Source of the DNA: an uncultured Gemmatimonadales bacterium
GTDB lineage: Bacteria; Gemmatimonadota; Gemmatimonadetes; Gemmatimonadales; Gemmatimonadaceae
Assembly (NCBI GenBank): GCA_963850905.1
Contig: CAWKMU010000003.1
Location: 64,001 to 128,000 of the forward strand
Direction of reading: 5' to 3'
Length of the DNA: 64,000 nt
The translations under genes and the position numbers were made by a program. Position 1 is the first letter of the stretch; each line of letters opens with the position of its first letter. This document shows positions 28,236-39,801 of the stretch, piece by piece. The notes beneath the pieces are model-generated. The model did no database searches, was not told the DNA's origin, and was given only the letters and a program-made list of their open reading frames with translations.

Positions 28236-31200
28236 TCAGACCGCTGCGCTCTGTCGGAGCGCGCGGACCAGGCCGTCGAGCAGTTCCGTCCCGCCCGCAC
28301 GTGTTAATCGGAGCGACAACGGATGTGTGCGTCGAACTTCGGTGTGGAACTGGACGTCGTGGAACGCGGCGGACAAGGTCTTCATCCGCGGCATGGCGTC
28401 GGCGCGAAAGGTAATACGCGCTTCCGTCCCCCGCACCAGGATGCTCTCCACCCGCAAGCGGCCGCCCACGAGGCGCAAAAGCGCCTGGGCCATGAATACC
28501 TCCGCCGGCGGCGGAAGGGTCCCAAATCGGTCTCGCAACTCGGCTTTGAGCGCATCGACTTCGGCCGGCTCGGTGATACGCGTGAGACGCCGGTACACGT
28601 CGAGCTTGGCTTCTGGCAGCGGAATATATTCGTCCGGCAGGAAGGCGGGCACGTCGAACGACACATCTGCCGGCACGGGCTTGGGCGCGCCGCCGGCGTG
28701 CTGCACCCGGTGCACCTGCTCCTCGAGCATCCGCAGATAGAGGTCGAACCCCACCGCCTGTACGAAGCCGGATTGCTCGGGTCCGAGGATGTTGCCCGCT
28801 CCCCGTAGCTCCATATCGCGAAGCGCAACCCGGTAGCCGGACCCCAGCTCGGTGTGGTGCTCCAGGACCTGCAACCGGCGATCGGCCTCATCGTCGATCG
28901 CGTCGGGGACGAGGAGGTAGCAGTACGCGCGCCGGTGCGAGCGGCCGACGCGCCCACGCAACTGGTACAGCTGGGCAAGTCCCATCGTGTCGGCTCTGTT
29001 GACGAACATCGTGTTCGCGTTGGGCACATCGAGTCCGGACTCGACGATCATCGTCGACACCAACACGTCCACTTCACCGTTGACGAAGCGCCGCATCACC
29101 TCCTCGAGATCCCGCTCCCGCATTTGCCCGTGTCCGACGGCAATGCGCGCGCGTGGCACGAGGCGGTGCACGTGATCCGCGATGGCCACAATGGTCTCGA
29201 TCCGATTGTGCACGAAGAACACCTGTCCGCCGCGATCCAGCTCCCGCCCGATCCCCTCTTCGATCAGCGCATCGTCCCACGGCTCGACGAACGTCAGCAC
29301 GGGCGACCGGTCCCGTGGTGGGGTCTGCATCAGCGTCATGTCTCGCAATCCCGCGAGCGAGAGGTGCAAGGTCCGCGGAATCGGCGTCGCCGTGAGCGTG
29401 AGCACATCGGTCTCGAGACGCAGCTGTTTGAGCCGTTCCTTGTGCCGCACACCGAAGCGATGCTCCTCATCGATCACGATCAGTCCCAGCTCGCCGAACT
29501 TGACGTCGGTGCTCAGCAAACGGTGCGTGCCGATCACCACGTCGATCTTCTTCGCCGCAAGATCGGCCAGCGTGGCCTGCTGCTCTTTCGCCGTCTGAAA
29601 GCGGCTCAGCGCCGCGACGCGGAGCGGAAAGTCGGCATACCGGTCGCCGAACGTGCGCAGGTGTTGCTCCGCCAGGATCGTCGTCGGCACGAGCACCGCC
29701 GTTTGTCGCCCGGACTGCACGGCCTTGAACGCCGCACGCACTGCGATCTCGGTCTTCCCGTAGCCGACGTCCCCGATCAACAGGCGATCCATCGGACGAA
29801 TCCGCTCCATATCCGACTTCACATCGCCCGTCGCTTTGCGCTGATCTGGCGTGTCCTCGAAGAGAAACGATGACTCGAGCTGCCGCTGCCAGGCGCCATC
29901 GGGCGCATGCGGTGGACGGTGTGCGATTTGTCGGCGCGCATACAGGTCGAGCAGCTCCGTCGTCATCTCCTCGATCGCTGCGCGCGTGCGATCGCGCTGC
30001 TGCGCCCAGCGACGCCCCCCAAGCCGGTGCAAACGCGGAGGCGGCGCGTCCGCCGACACGTCCCGCGCAGCCCGGTACCGCTCCAGCTGGTCGATCCGGT
30101 AGAGCGGCACATTGAGGCGGTCGCCTCCCTCGTATTCGACCACCGCCACCTCGACGGTGCTCTCCTTGACGAAGATCGCCTCGATGCCGCGGAAGATGCC
30201 GATGCCGTGCTCGAGGTGGACGACATAGTCGCCCGGCTTGAGCGCCGTAACCGATTCCAGCGCCGTCCCGCCCGCATAGCGCCGCGCCCGCCGGATGCGT
30301 CGCTCGCGCCGGAAGATTTCGTGGTCGGTCAGCACACGCAGCCCCGACTCCGGACCGGTCGGCGGAACGACGAATCCGCCATCGAGCACGCCCACGGCCA
30401 GTGTGGCGGGCGACCCGACCGCGACGATGCCATCGCGCGTTCGCTCGGCCAGCAGCTCATCGAGCCGCTCGCACTGTCCGGCGTTGTCGCAGAGAATCAG
30501 CGTCGGCACACCGTCGCGTGCAATGCGTGCCAGACGGGTGATGTCCCGATCGATCGGATCAGCGGGACGGATCGGAAATCGCACGTCCGCGCCCTCGGGA
30601 TCGGCTTCCTCGATGATGGTGGCGTATGACCCGAGCGTGCCGAGCATCACTTCAGGCGGTTGGTACAGTTCCTCGCGTGATGGCGCATCTTCGCCGCGCC
30701 GCCGAGCCAGCTCCACGTGATGCTGGGCTTCCTCCCACGTACGTCGCAGCTCCGGCTCCAGATGCGCGCCGGTGGGGATCACGACGATGGTGTCGGGCGG
30801 AAACAGATCGGTGAGCGTGACGCGATCGATCGTGTCGGTGCCGGGCGCCGGTGCGTGCGCGCCATCGACCGGCAGGACGATGGCGACTTCCGCCGGACGC
30901 GTCGACCGTTGCGTCAATAGGTCGAAGTGGCGGAGCTCCGCGATCTCATCGCCGAAGAATTCCAGCCGCGCCGGATCCGCCATCCCGAACCCGTAGATGT
31001 CGAAGATCCCACCCCGGACGCTGAACTGGCCGACCTCTTCCACCATCGGGACACGGTCGAACCCGATCGCTTCGAGGTGGGTCGCGAGGTCCTGCGGCCG
31101 TGTCACGTCGCCCACCCGGAGCTCGGTTCGCGCCTCGCGAACGGCACCAGGGAGCCGCGTGCGTTCGAGGACGGCGCGAGCCGTCGTCAGCAGAATGTGC

Positions 31201-31547
31201 ACACCGCCGCGCCCAACCCGCTCCAACGTCTCCACACGTTCGCCCGCGACTTCGGCGTGCGGCTCCGCCTCGCCAAACCCCTCACGCGGCGGATACAGCG
31301 CCACCGCGGTGTCGCTCGTGAGCGACTGGAGATCGGCCAGCCACCGCTCCGCATCGGGCAGCCCCTGCGTGACGACGACGAAGAACCGCCCCGACAGCTG
31401 CCGCGCGAGTGCCGAGAGCAGCACTGCCCCGGACGATCCGGGCAGACCCGCGATGCGAATCCGTTCCCGTGGTCCCGGGAGCGTGTTGACGAGTCTCGTG
31501 AACGCCGGAAGCCGTTCGACCGCGTCAAGCAGAAGAGGAAGTGCCAC
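28236..31547 (-). CDS. mfd: Transcription-repair coupling factor
   Basis: UvrB-homology region, CarD-like domain, GDVGYGKT, DEEH, TATPIPRT, QLRGRVGR, TRCF C-terminus. Confidence 0.97.
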   Translation of the reverse strand: MALPLLLDAVERLPAFTRLVNTLPGPRERIRIAGLPGSSGAVLLSALARQLSGRFFVVVTQGLPDAERWLADLQSLTSDTAVALYPPREGFGEAEPHAEVAGERVETLERVGRGGVHILLTTARAVLERTRLPGAVREARTELRVGDVTRPQDLATHLEAIGFDRVPMVEEVGQFSVRGGIFDIYGFGMADPARLEFFGDEIAELRHFDLLTQRSTRPAEVAIVLPVDGAHAPAPGTDTIDRVTLTDLFPPDTIVVIPTGAHLEPELRRTWEEAQHHVELARRRGEDAPSREELYQPPEVMLGTLGSYATIIEEADPEGADVRFPIRPADPIDRDITRLARIARDGVPTLILCDNAGQCERLDELLAERTRDGIVAVGSPATLAVGVLDGGFVVPPTGPESGLRVLTDHEIFRRERRIRRARRYAGGTALESVTALKPGDYVVHLEHGIGIFRGIEAIFVKESTVEVAVVEYEGGDRLNVPLYRIDQLERYRAARDVSADAPPPRLHRLGGRRWAQQRDRTRAAIEEMTTELLDLYARRQIAHRPPHAPDGAWQRQLESSFLFEDTPDQRKATGDVKSDMERIRPMDRLLIGDVGYGKTEIAVRAAFKAVQSGRQTAVLVPTTILAEQHLRTFGDRYADFPLRVAALSRFQTAKEQQATLADLAAKKIDVVIGTHRLLSTDVKFGELGLIVIDEEHRFGVRHKERLKQLRLETDVLTLTATPIPRTLHLSLAGLRDMTLMQTPPRDRSPVLTFVEPWDDALIEEGIGRELDRGGQVFFVHNRIETIVAIADHVHRLVPRARIAVGHGQMRERDLEEVMRRFVNGEVDVLVSTMIVESGLDVPNANTMFVNRADTMGLAQLYQLRGRVGRSHRRAYCYLLVPDAIDDEADRRLQVLEHHTELGSGYRVALRDMELRGAGNILGPEQSGFVQAVGFDLYLRMLEEQVHRVQHAGGAPKPVPADVSFDVPAFLPDEYIPLPEAKLDVYRRLTRITEPAEVDALKAELRDRFGTLPPPAEVFMAQALLRLVGGRLRVESILVRGTEARITFRADAMPRMKTLSAAFHDVQFHTEVRRTHPLSLRLTRAGGTELLDGLVRALRQSAAV

Positions 31548-31615
31548 GATCGCTTTTTAAATGGGTCGGGGCGTCGCCCATTGGCGCCGTCCGCATCCGG
31601 CCGATCGGGCGGCGG

Positions 31616-31700
31616 GTAGGGGCGACGCAATGCGTCGCCCTCTTCTTCCGGCCGCACGGGGCCCGCTCCGCGGCGGGTAGGGGCGACGCATGCGTTGTCC
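31616..31700 (+). repeat. Tandem REP-A pair (31616-31640, 31677-31700)
   Basis: GTAGGGGCGACGCAATGCGTCGCCC and a degenerate copy. Confidence 0.8.
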
Positions 31701-31701
31701 T

Positions 31702-33669
31702 CTACGCCGCACGACGCAACGCGGCGCCGGACGCGGCCCCTCCCGACCGTCGTCGCGTCAATACGCTTTCGGTCAAGAGGAGCGCCAGGGCCAGCGCGAT
31801 GAAGAACGCAGCCAAGGACCGATCGGCGCGCGCGTCGAACACGGTGCTCGCCCACCGGCTCGGGTCCGTGTCCACGTGCACCGCGCTGCCTTTGAAATGC
31901 TTGGCCAACGCGTCGCTGGGGATGCGCGTGAGATCGGACTCGCTCGGCTCGGGATTGACCACGACCGCACCCACCCGGCTCCCCGCCCGCCTGAGGAAGT
32001 ACACGCCCGGTCGTGCCGGCGCATCGAACGTCGTGCCCGAGAGCACGCGCACGCCGCCATCCGCGCTTTCGAGTTCTTCGGCGCCCAACGGTCGCCGGAT
32101 GGTCGCACCAGGCGCGACGTCGAGGACGCCTGCGCCGCGCCCGCTCAGGATGCCGGTCGAACCAGCCAAGCGTTGGTCCAGCACATCGCCAATCCACGGT
32201 ACGAATGCAGCCCGCAACGGCCACGTCGTCACAGCCGGATCGATCGGCAATGCAACGATCACGTACCCCGGACCCGCCACGATCCACGGTTGAGACCCGG
32301 TGCGAGCCAGCGTGTCCGCTAAGGCGGTCGGCTGCGCCTGGAGCGGATACCGCACCTGTGCAGTCACGACGCCGCTACTGCTCGCGCTCTCGGGCGACGC
32401 GATGACACCGTCGGACGATGCCAGCCCCTCGACCACGGCCTCACCGCGCGCCGGTGCACCAAATCGCCATGGCACGCCCGCGCGCTCGAGCGCCCGATTC
32501 GCCGCGCCAAGACGCACCGGGTCGGTCGGCGCAGTGATGAAGGCGGGGAGGTCGGTCAGCCGGTCCGCGGGCACGACGGTCACTGTCTTGGCCGGCGGTT
32601 TCGCCGGGCCTGCCGCCACACGCCCGCTCGCGATCAGCGCCTCGACCGCGCTGCGAAGAAATGGTCCCACCGCAGTGTCCGCGACGACCACCGGCGGTTC
32701 GCCGATCCACATCGCGAAATAGCGGATGTCGTCGCCTCGCAGTTCGTCGGGCTCGAGCTCGACGGTCCCGGCCACCCAGCCACGCTCCGGCGGCGCCGCC
32801 CGGACTGAGATCGCGCCCGCCCCGCTCGACGTGTCGCCCGTGGCGATTGCCACCGTTCCACGCGCCAGCGTGCGATTTCCGAGCGTGATGCGGTATGAGG
32901 TGGAGTCATCGCCGCCTGGCGGCACGCGTCCAGTCACCGTGGCGCTGATCTCGCCGCGCGGGGTCCAGCGCACGGGGCGTGGCGCCGCGGCCGTGACGGC
33001 GCGATTACCGGGAGCCGCTGCGCCGAGTGCGTAGACCACCACGCGGACGCCATTCACCTCCGTCACGCCGGGCCACGCCGTGGCCTGACCATCAGTCACG
33101 ACCGCGACGACGGGATCGGCCACGCCCGATGAACGGGCCAGCGCTGCTCCGCGCGCCACGGCACGCGGCAAGTTGCCGGCACCGGCCAACGGTTCCGTCG
33201 CAGCGATCGCTGCGGAGATCGTGCCCGACCCACCCCCCTGTACGCGACCATCGGCAGTCACCAGCCACAGCCGGTCGGTGGCGTTCGCCTGCGCGGCGGC
33301 GCGCCGCGCGACCGCCTTGAGGCTCGCGAGCACCGGCTGGCCACCGACGATGACCGACGTGCTGAGCGAATTGTCCAGCACGATCGCGATCGCCGCCGGC
33401 GCATGACCAGCGCCGACGACCGTCCCCAGTGCGCGGCTCACAGGCCGCGCCGCGGCCAGGGCGACGCAGACGACCGCGAGCACCCGGATCAACATCAAGA
33501 GCATGTTGCGCAGCTTGAGTCGCCGGCTGTGCTCCTGCTCCGCGCGCGCGAGATACCGCACGGCGGGGAACTGGACTTTCATGCCCGTGCGGCGACGCAG
33601 CAGGTGGATGAGCAAGGGCACCGCGGCACCCAGGCCAAGCGCGAGGAACAGCGGTGAGAGAAAGCCCAT
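31702..33669 (-). CDS. BatA N-terminal + vWA domain membrane protein
   Basis: FLSPLFL...PLLIHL...FP, LAAARP, MIDAS-like LDNSLS, C-terminal VN..ESDL and TM helix. Confidence 0.88.
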   Translation of the reverse strand: MGFLSPLFLALGLGAAVPLLIHLLRRRTGMKVQFPAVRYLARAEQEHSRRLKLRNMLLMLIRVLAVVCVALAAARPVSRALGTVVGAGHAPAAIAIVLDNSLSTSVIVGGQPVLASLKAVARRAAAQANATDRLWLVTADGRVQGGGSGTISAAIAATEPLAGAGNLPRAVARGAALARSSGVADPVVAVVTDGQATAWPGVTEVNGVRVVVYALGAAAPGNRAVTAAAPRPVRWTPRGEISATVTGRVPPGGDDSTSYRITLGNRTLARGTVAIATGDTSSGAGAISVRAAPPERGWVAGTVELEPDELRGDDIRYFAMWIGEPPVVVADTAVGPFLRSAVEALIASGRVAAGPAKPPAKTVTVVPADRLTDLPAFITAPTDPVRLGAANRALERAGVPWRFGAPARGEAVVEGLASSDGVIASPESASSSGVVTAQVRYPLQAQPTALADTLARTGSQPWIVAGPGYVIVALPIDPAVTTWPLRAAFVPWIGDVLDQRLAGSTGILSGRGAGVLDVAPGATIRRPLGAEELESADGGVRVLSGTTFDAPARPGVYFLRRAGSRVGAVVVNPEPSESDLTRIPSDALAKHFKGSAVHVDTDPSRWASTVFDARADRSLAAFFIALALALLLTESVLTRRRSGGAASGAALRRAA

Positions 33670-33680
33670 GATCAGGTCGC

Positions 33681-34604
33681 CTAGTGACCCGTGTCCTGTC
33701 GCGCGGCAAACGCGCGCCGGAGCGGCGCGCCGAAGGGCGCGTCCGTCATCACGATCTCGTAACGCCCGCCACTGCGTGCGAACACCGCGCGCCACTCAGC
33801 CAACGCTTCGGCCACCGTCGCCCGGTAGGCCTCGCGCACTTCGGCGACGGCCGCCGGCACCATCTCACCGCTCTCCGGGTCGACGAAGAGCGCGTCACCG
33901 GTGATGGCGAGATCCCGTTCGCCTGGATCGAGGATGTGTAACGCGACCACGTCGTGCCCCGCGGCCCGGACTGCCCGGATCGCCCGATCGACCGGCTCCA
34001 CGTCCGTCAGGAGATCGGAAACGAGCACCACGAGACCCGGACGCCGCATGAGACGCCCGGCGTGCAGCAGTGCCTCGCCTGCCACCGATTGACGGGCGCC
34101 GGCTCCCTCATCGTCGCGCAAACGCTCCAGCGCGCTCACGAGCCGGCCCCATTGCGTCATGCGCGCCTTCGGGACGAGCGTGTCACGGACCTGCTCATCG
34201 AAGCACACCAGGCCGACCGCGTCGCGCTGCCGCAGGAGCAGCAGCGCCAGCGCAGCGGTCAGCCGCTCCGCGTAGGCAATTTTTGTGAGGCGGCTGGGCG
34301 CCCCGCGCCAGACCATCGAGGGGCTCACGTCGAGCACGAGGAGCGAGCGGAGGTTTGTCTCCTCCTCGAACTGCTTCACGAACCAGCGGTCGGATCGCGC
34401 CGCCATTCGCCAGTCGACGTACCGCAGGTCATCGCCCGGCTGGTAGGGCCGATGCTCCGCGAATTCGACGGAGAAACCCTTCCGCGGTGACCGGTGCAAG
34501 CCGGTGAGAAATCCGTCGACCACCCAGCGCGCAACGACCTCAATGCGGCCCATCGAGGCGAGTGTCGCTGGGTCGAACAGATCCGCGCGCGATGTGCCGT
34601 CCAT
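33681..34604 (-). CDS. DUF58 domain protein
   Basis: GLHRS..G.SVEFAEHRPY.PGDDLR..DW, VKQFEEE, VSD. Confidence 0.92.
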   Translation of the reverse strand: MDGTSRADLFDPATLASMGRIEVVARWVVDGFLTGLHRSPRKGFSVEFAEHRPYQPGDDLRYVDWRMAARSDRWFVKQFEEETNLRSLLVLDVSPSMVWRGAPSRLTKIAYAERLTAALALLLLRQRDAVGLVCFDEQVRDTLVPKARMTQWGRLVSALERLRDDEGAGARQSVAGEALLHAGRLMRRPGLVVLVSDLLTDVEPVDRAIRAVRAAGHDVVALHILDPGERDLAITGDALFVDPESGEMVPAAVAEVREAYRATVAEALAEWRAVFARSGGRYEIVMTDAPFGAPLRRAFAARQDTGH

Positions 34605-34665
34605 GTGAGACTCGAAACGTAGATGTCCGTCGTGCCCGGACGCCACCCCGTATATTTCTCGGATT

Positions 34666-36465
34666 GTGACATCGCTTGCTCACATCCGCAATTTCTGCAT
34701 CGTCGCGCACATCGATCACGGCAAGTCGACCCTGGCTGACCGCCTCATCGAGGCGACAGGGACGATCGAGAAGCGCGACATGAAGGATCAGGTGCTCGAC
34801 ACGCTCGACCTCGAGCGCGAGCGCGGCATCACCATCAAGTTGAATGCCGTGCGGATGAGCTACGCCGCGTCCGACGGCGTGACGTATGAGCTCAACCTCA
34901 TCGACACGCCGGGCCACGTCGACTTTACGTACGAGGTGTCACGGTCGCTGGCCGCATGCGAGGGCGCGATCCTGGTCGTCGATGCCTCGCAGGGCATCCA
35001 GGCCCAGACGCTGTCGAACTTGTTCCTCGCGCTCGATGCCGGCCTGACCATCATCCCGATCCTCAACAAGATCGACCTGCCAGGCGCCGAGCCCGAGCGG
35101 CGACGCCAGGAGGTCATGGATCTGCTAGGCGCCGGCGCCGATGAGATCCTGCTGGTGAGCGCCAAGGAGGGGATCGGCGTCCACGAGTTGTTGGAACGGA
35201 TCGTCACGCACGTGCCACACCCGACAGGCGACCCCGACGGGCCGCTCCGCGCCCTCATCTTCGATTCCTACTACGACCGCTATCGCGGAGCGATCCCATC
35301 GGTGCGCGTCGTCGATGGGACACTCAAGCCCGGCATGCAGATCACCTTCGGCACCGGCGACGCGCAATACGACGTCGCAGAGGTCGGCTGCAACCGGCTG
35401 CGTCAGGTCCCGACGCCAGCCCTGGAGCCCGGCGAGGTCGGCTACGTCGTCGCCAACGTGCGCCATGTAACGGAGACACGCGTCGGCGACACGATCTTCG
35501 ACGCCAACCGCCCCGGGGCTGCGCCCCTGCCCGGCTATCGGGAAGTGCGATCAATGGTGTTCGCCGGTCTGTACCCGACCGACACCGCGGCCTACGAGAA
35601 CCTCCGCGACGCACTCGAGAAACTGCAGCTCAACGACGCATCGCTGCAGTACGAGCCGGAGACCTCGACGGCCTTGGGATTCGGCTTCCGCGCGGGCTTC
35701 CTCGGACTCTTGCACATGGAAATCGTGCAGGAACGCCTCGAGCGCGAATTCGATCTCGACCTCGTGACGACGGTGCCAAGTGTCGAATACAAGGTCTACC
35801 GGCACGACGGCACGGTCTTCCTGCTCGAGAATCCGTCTCGCATGCCGCACGGCTCGGAAATCGACCACGTCGAGGAGCCGTTCGTGAAGGCGCGCATCGT
35901 CGCGCCCGCGGACTACATCGGGCCGATCATGACACTCGTGAACGAGCGGCGCGGCGTGTACAAGAACATGAGCTACATCGACACGCAGCGCGTCGAGTTC
36001 GACTTCGAGTTCCCGCTCGCCGAGATCATTCTGGACTTCTATGATCGCCTGAAGACGATCAGCCGCGGCTACGCCAGTCTCGATTACGAGATGCTGGAAT
36101 ACCGTGAGAGTGACCTCGTGAAGCTGGACATGCTGATCAACGGCGACCCGGTCGACGCATTCTCGGTCATCATCCACCGCGACAAGGCCTATGACTGGGG
36201 CCGAAAGATCGCGGACAAGCTGAAAGAGCTGATCCCGCGGCAGCTCTTCGAGGTGATCATTCAGGCGGCGATTGGCACCAAGGTCATCGCACGCACTACC
36301 GTGCGCCCGCTCCGCAAGAACGTCCTCGCCAAATGCTATGGCGGCGACATCACGCGGAAGCGCAAGCTCCTCGAGAAGCAAAAGGAAGGAAAGCGGCGGA
36401 TGAAGCAAGTCGGCACCGTCGAGATCCCCCAGGAGGCTTTCCTCGCCGTCCTGCAAGTCGACTGA
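34666..36465 (+). CDS. lepA: Elongation factor 4
   Basis: [42 protein letters not shown]. Confidence 0.98.
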   Translation: MTSLAHIRNFCIVAHIDHGKSTLADRLIEATGTIEKRDMKDQVLDTLDLERERGITIKLNAVRMSYAASDGVTYELNLIDTPGHVDFTYEVSRSLAACEGAILVVDASQGIQAQTLSNLFLALDAGLTIIPILNKIDLPGAEPERRRQEVMDLLGAGADEILLVSAKEGIGVHELLERIVTHVPHPTGDPDGPLRALIFDSYYDRYRGAIPSVRVVDGTLKPGMQITFGTGDAQYDVAEVGCNRLRQVPTPALEPGEVGYVVANVRHVTETRVGDTIFDANRPGAAPLPGYREVRSMVFAGLYPTDTAAYENLRDALEKLQLNDASLQYEPETSTALGFGFRAGFLGLLHMEIVQERLEREFDLDLVTTVPSVEYKVYRHDGTVFLLENPSRMPHGSEIDHVEEPFVKARIVAPADYIGPIMTLVNERRGVYKNMSYIDTQRVEFDFEFPLAEIILDFYDRLKTISRGYASLDYEMLEYRESDLVKLDMLINGDPVDAFSVIIHRDKAYDWGRKIADKLKELIPRQLFEVIIQAAIGTKVIARTTVRPLRKNVLAKCYGGDITRKRKLLEKQKEGKRRMKQVGTVEIPQEAFLAVLQVD

Positions 36466-36494
36466 CCATCAGGCACCCTGCCAGGCTGTCGGTC

Positions 36495-37640
36495 GTGGCC
36501 CCTCATCCCCTTTCTCCCTTCTCCTCTCGCCTTTCTACGCGGCCAAAGGCCGCGTCGTCACCCGCCTCTTCCCTCGTCATCCAAACCAGCTTCCTCGGTG
36601 ACGTCATTCTCACGACCCCACTCCTCGCCGCCCTGGCGCGCCGCGGACCAGTCGATGTCGTGACGACACCCGCCGCGGCGGCGATCCTCGCCAACCATCC
36701 CGCGGTGCGTTCGGTCTTTCCATATGACAAACGGGGCGACGCCGCCGGCTTGCCAGGCATGTGGCGACTCGCGCGGAGTCTGCGCAAACGCTACCGCACA
36801 CGGCGAGGAGACTCGATCGCCGCGGAAGACCGTGACGGGGCCATGCCGGTCGCATACCTCGCACAAGGCTCAATGCGAAGCGCCACGCTCGCCCTCCTGG
36901 TCGGCTGCGAGGAGCGGGTCGGTTTCGAGACATCGACCGGGCGAGCCCTGTATACGCGCTGCGTCACGTATGATCCGCAGCGACACCACGCCGAGCGCCT
37001 CTGGCAGCTCGGCGCGGGCGAGAGCGCTGGCGACCCACCCGCCGAGGCACGGCAGCCACGCCTGTATCCGGGACCCGACGACGTCGAGGCAGTAGACCGA
37101 TTGCTCCTCCAGGCGCGCTACGCCGGTGAGCCGCTCGTCGCGGTCGCGCCCGGCAGTGCCTGGGCCACGAAACGGTGGCCGTATTACCCGGCGCTCACGT
37201 CCGCTCTCCTGCCGGAGTGGCGCGTCGTCGTCGTGGGCGGCCCGTCGGACCAGTCTCGGGCAGCTGAGATCATCACGGCCGCGGGACGCACCCGCGCCCG
37301 GGTCATCGATGCGACCGGCCGTCTCACCCCACTCGCCACCGCGGCGCTCCTGAGCCGGTGCTCAGCTGTGGTCACCAACGATTCCATGCCGCAGCATCTC
37401 GCGTCCGCGATGGGTACGCCGACCGTGTCGATCTTCGGGCCGACGGTCCCGGAGTTCGGCTTCGGACCGCTCGCGCCGCGCCAGGCAATCGCGGGACATG
37501 CCAGTCTCCCCTGCCGACCCTGCGACCGCCACGGCCCCCAACGGTGCCCGCTGGGCCACTGGCGATGTATGCGAGAAATTAGCGTCGCCGATGTTGTACG
37601 CATGGTCGCGCACGTCGCGTCAACACCGCACCTTTCCTGA
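36495..37640 (+). CDS. GT9 glycosyltransferase (LPS heptosyltransferase-like)
   Basis: FLGDVILTTP, PGS..TKRWP, NDS.P.HLA.A.G.PT.SIFGPT. Confidence 0.9.
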   Translation: MAPHPLSPFSSRLSTRPKAASSPASSLVIQTSFLGDVILTTPLLAALARRGPVDVVTTPAAAAILANHPAVRSVFPYDKRGDAAGLPGMWRLARSLRKRYRTRRGDSIAAEDRDGAMPVAYLAQGSMRSATLALLVGCEERVGFETSTGRALYTRCVTYDPQRHHAERLWQLGAGESAGDPPAEARQPRLYPGPDDVEAVDRLLLQARYAGEPLVAVAPGSAWATKRWPYYPALTSALLPEWRVVVVGGPSDQSRAAEIITAAGRTRARVIDATGRLTPLATAALLSRCSAVVTNDSMPQHLASAMGTPTVSIFGPTVPEFGFGPLAPRQAIAGHASLPCRPCDRHGPQRCPLGHWRCMREISVADVVRMVAHVASTPHLS

Positions 37641-37699
37641 TCCGCCACGAGCACCAGCCGCCGATCACCAACCACGTATTGGCCTTTGAGATTCGGTGC

Positions 37700-37734
37700 A
37701 ACGTCCAACGTCTAATGTCCAACGTCTAACGTCC
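37700..37734 (+). repeat. Heptamer tandem repeat (AACGTCY)
   Basis: AACGTCC AACGTCT AATGTCC AACGTCT AACGTCC. Confidence 0.7.
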
Positions 37735-37736
37735 CC

Positions 37737-38756
37737 ATGTCCTCGAAGCCACGCCAGCGCTACATCGTAGGCGTTGATCTGGGCGGGACCAATATCGTCG
37801 TCGGTGCGATGCCGGCCGACGGCGGTCGTGAGCACGTCGTCCGCTCGCAGCCGACGCAGCCGGAACGCGGCGCCGACGCAGTCGTGGACCGCATCGCCCA
37901 GATGGTCGAGGAGATCATCACCGAGACGAGCGCGGCGACCGGTGCGACGCGGGACGATTTCTTGGGCGTCGGGATCGGATCACCTGGTCCGCTCGATCGC
38001 CACAGCGGCATCGTCATCATGACGCCCAACCTCGGCTGGCGCGATTTCCCGCTGCGTGATGCCGTCGCTTCGCGGGTTGGCCTGCCATCCACCTTGGATA
38101 ACGACGCCAACTGTGCCACGGTCGGGGAATGGTGGTGTGGCGCCGCGCGCGGTGCGCGCCACGTCATCGGCGTCACGATCGGGACGGGTATCGGCGGCGG
38201 CCTGATCATCGGCGGAGAGCTCTACCACGGCGCCTCCGATGTCGCCGGCGAGATCGGCCACACGACCATCGACTCGACGGGGCGCCGCTGCAAGTGCGGC
38301 AACTATGGCTGCCTCGAGGCGTACGCGTCCGGCCCTGCCATCGCCGAGCGCGCTCGTGAGGCCCTCGACGACGGTGAGGCATCGTTGCTGCGCGACCTCG
38401 TCGATGGCGACCTCTCGCGGCTCACGGCGCGCTACGTCTACGACGCATCGACGCGGGGTGACCCGATCGCGCGCGAGGTCGTGCGCGACACTGCACGATT
38501 CCTCGGTGCCGGTCTCGCGAACCTCCTCAACATCTTCAATCCCGATGTCGTGGTTCTGGCTGGGGGCGTGACCGACGCAGGCGACGCCCTGTTCGAGCCG
38601 CTGCGCGGCGAAATCCGCCGTCGTGCCTTCCGCCCGGCGGTCGACGCCTGTCGCATCGTCCCCGGCGCCCTAGGTGGGTCCGCCGGAGTCATCGGCGCCA
38701 TCGCAACGTTCAAGATGCAAAGGATGGGCGGCGTCGCGGGCGATCGTGTCGTCTGA
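37737..38756 (+). CDS. ROK family sugar kinase (glucokinase-like)
   Basis: GVDLGGT, NDAN, GTGIGGG, GEIGH, CKCGNYGCLE. Confidence 0.93.
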   Translation: MSSKPRQRYIVGVDLGGTNIVVGAMPADGGREHVVRSQPTQPERGADAVVDRIAQMVEEIITETSAATGATRDDFLGVGIGSPGPLDRHSGIVIMTPNLGWRDFPLRDAVASRVGLPSTLDNDANCATVGEWWCGAARGARHVIGVTIGTGIGGGLIIGGELYHGASDVAGEIGHTTIDSTGRRCKCGNYGCLEAYASGPAIAERAREALDDGEASLLRDLVDGDLSRLTARYVYDASTRGDPIAREVVRDTARFLGAGLANLLNIFNPDVVVLAGGVTDAGDALFEPLRGEIRRRAFRPAVDACRIVPGALGGSAGVIGAIATFKMQRMGGVAGDRVV

Positions 38757-39801
38757 TCGATCGGAACACGAGGGGCGCGAGAGCCCGGCCATCCCGCCCG
38801 TTCGCCGGCCGGGCCGTCGGCGAGTCGGCGTGCTCGGCACCTTCGTCTGGGACATCATCTATGGACGAGACCCGCGCACAGGGCCAGTCGAGGAATGGGG
38901 CGGCATCACCTACGCCCTGAGCGCCTTCGACGCGGCGTTGAGCCGCGATTGGGAAGTGGTTCCGGTGATCAAGGTAGGCTCCGATCTGGCGCGCCGCGCT
39001 CGCGACTACCTCTCCACACTCCACCGCATCGCACCGGATGCCGCCCTCGTCGAGGTGGCGGCCCCCAACAATCGGGTCGAGCTGCGATACCAGAGCGCCG
39101 AGCGGCGCACTGAGGTACTCTCCGGTGGTGTGCCACCGTGGACGTGGACCGGGCTTGTCCCACTGCTCCGGGATCTGGACGCGCTGTATGTAAACTTCAT
39201 CAGCGGTCTCGAGATGGACCTCGAGACAATGCAGCTGCTACGGCAGTACTTTCGCGGTCCTATCTATTGTGATCTGCATTCATTGTTGCTCGCGATTCAA
39301 CCGGATGGCCTCCGCACGCCGCGTCCACTCGCAGGGGTGCCGGGGTGGTGCCGCTGCGCAGATCTTCTCCAGGTGAACGAGGACGAGATGGCGTTGCTCG
39401 CCCCTGACGCCATGGGACTGGCTGCCACGGCGCTCGGCGTCGGTGTGCGGTGTCTCAGTGTCACGCTCGGGAGTCGAGGCGTGGTCTACTTCGCTCCCGC
39501 CAACTTCGATCGTCTCGCCGACCTCGGGTCACCGGGCCCGCCGCGCGCCCTCGGCACGTTGCAAGGCCCCGTGCGGACCGCCCTGGTGCCGGCAGTGCCA
39601 CCGCCGACGGCGCTCGGTGAGACCGGCGATCCCACTGGCTGCGGTGATGTCTGGGGCGCTACCTATTTCTCTCGACTGCTCGCGGGTGATATGTTAGCCG
39701 ACGCGATGCAAGCAGCGGTGATTGCCGCGGCCCGCAACGTCGGCCACCGGGGTGCGTCCGGTCTGGCCCATCATCTTCGTGGAGAGCTGAGCCCCCGGTG
39801 A
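38746..39801 (+). CDS. PfkB/ribokinase-family carbohydrate kinase
   Basis: NEDE, VTLG..G, DPTGCGD. Confidence 0.85.
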   Translation: MSSDRSEHEGRESPAIPPVRRPGRRRVGVLGTFVWDIIYGRDPRTGPVEEWGGITYALSAFDAALSRDWEVVPVIKVGSDLARRARDYLSTLHRIAPDAALVEVAAPNNRVELRYQSAERRTEVLSGGVPPWTWTGLVPLLRDLDALYVNFISGLEMDLETMQLLRQYFRGPIYCDLHSLLLAIQPDGLRTPRPLAGVPGWCRCADLLQVNEDEMALLAPDAMGLAATALGVGVRCLSVTLGSRGVVYFAPANFDRLADLGSPGPPRALGTLQGPVRTALVPAVPPPTALGETGDPTGCGDVWGATYFSRLLAGDMLADAMQAAVIAAARNVGHRGASGLAHHLRGELSPR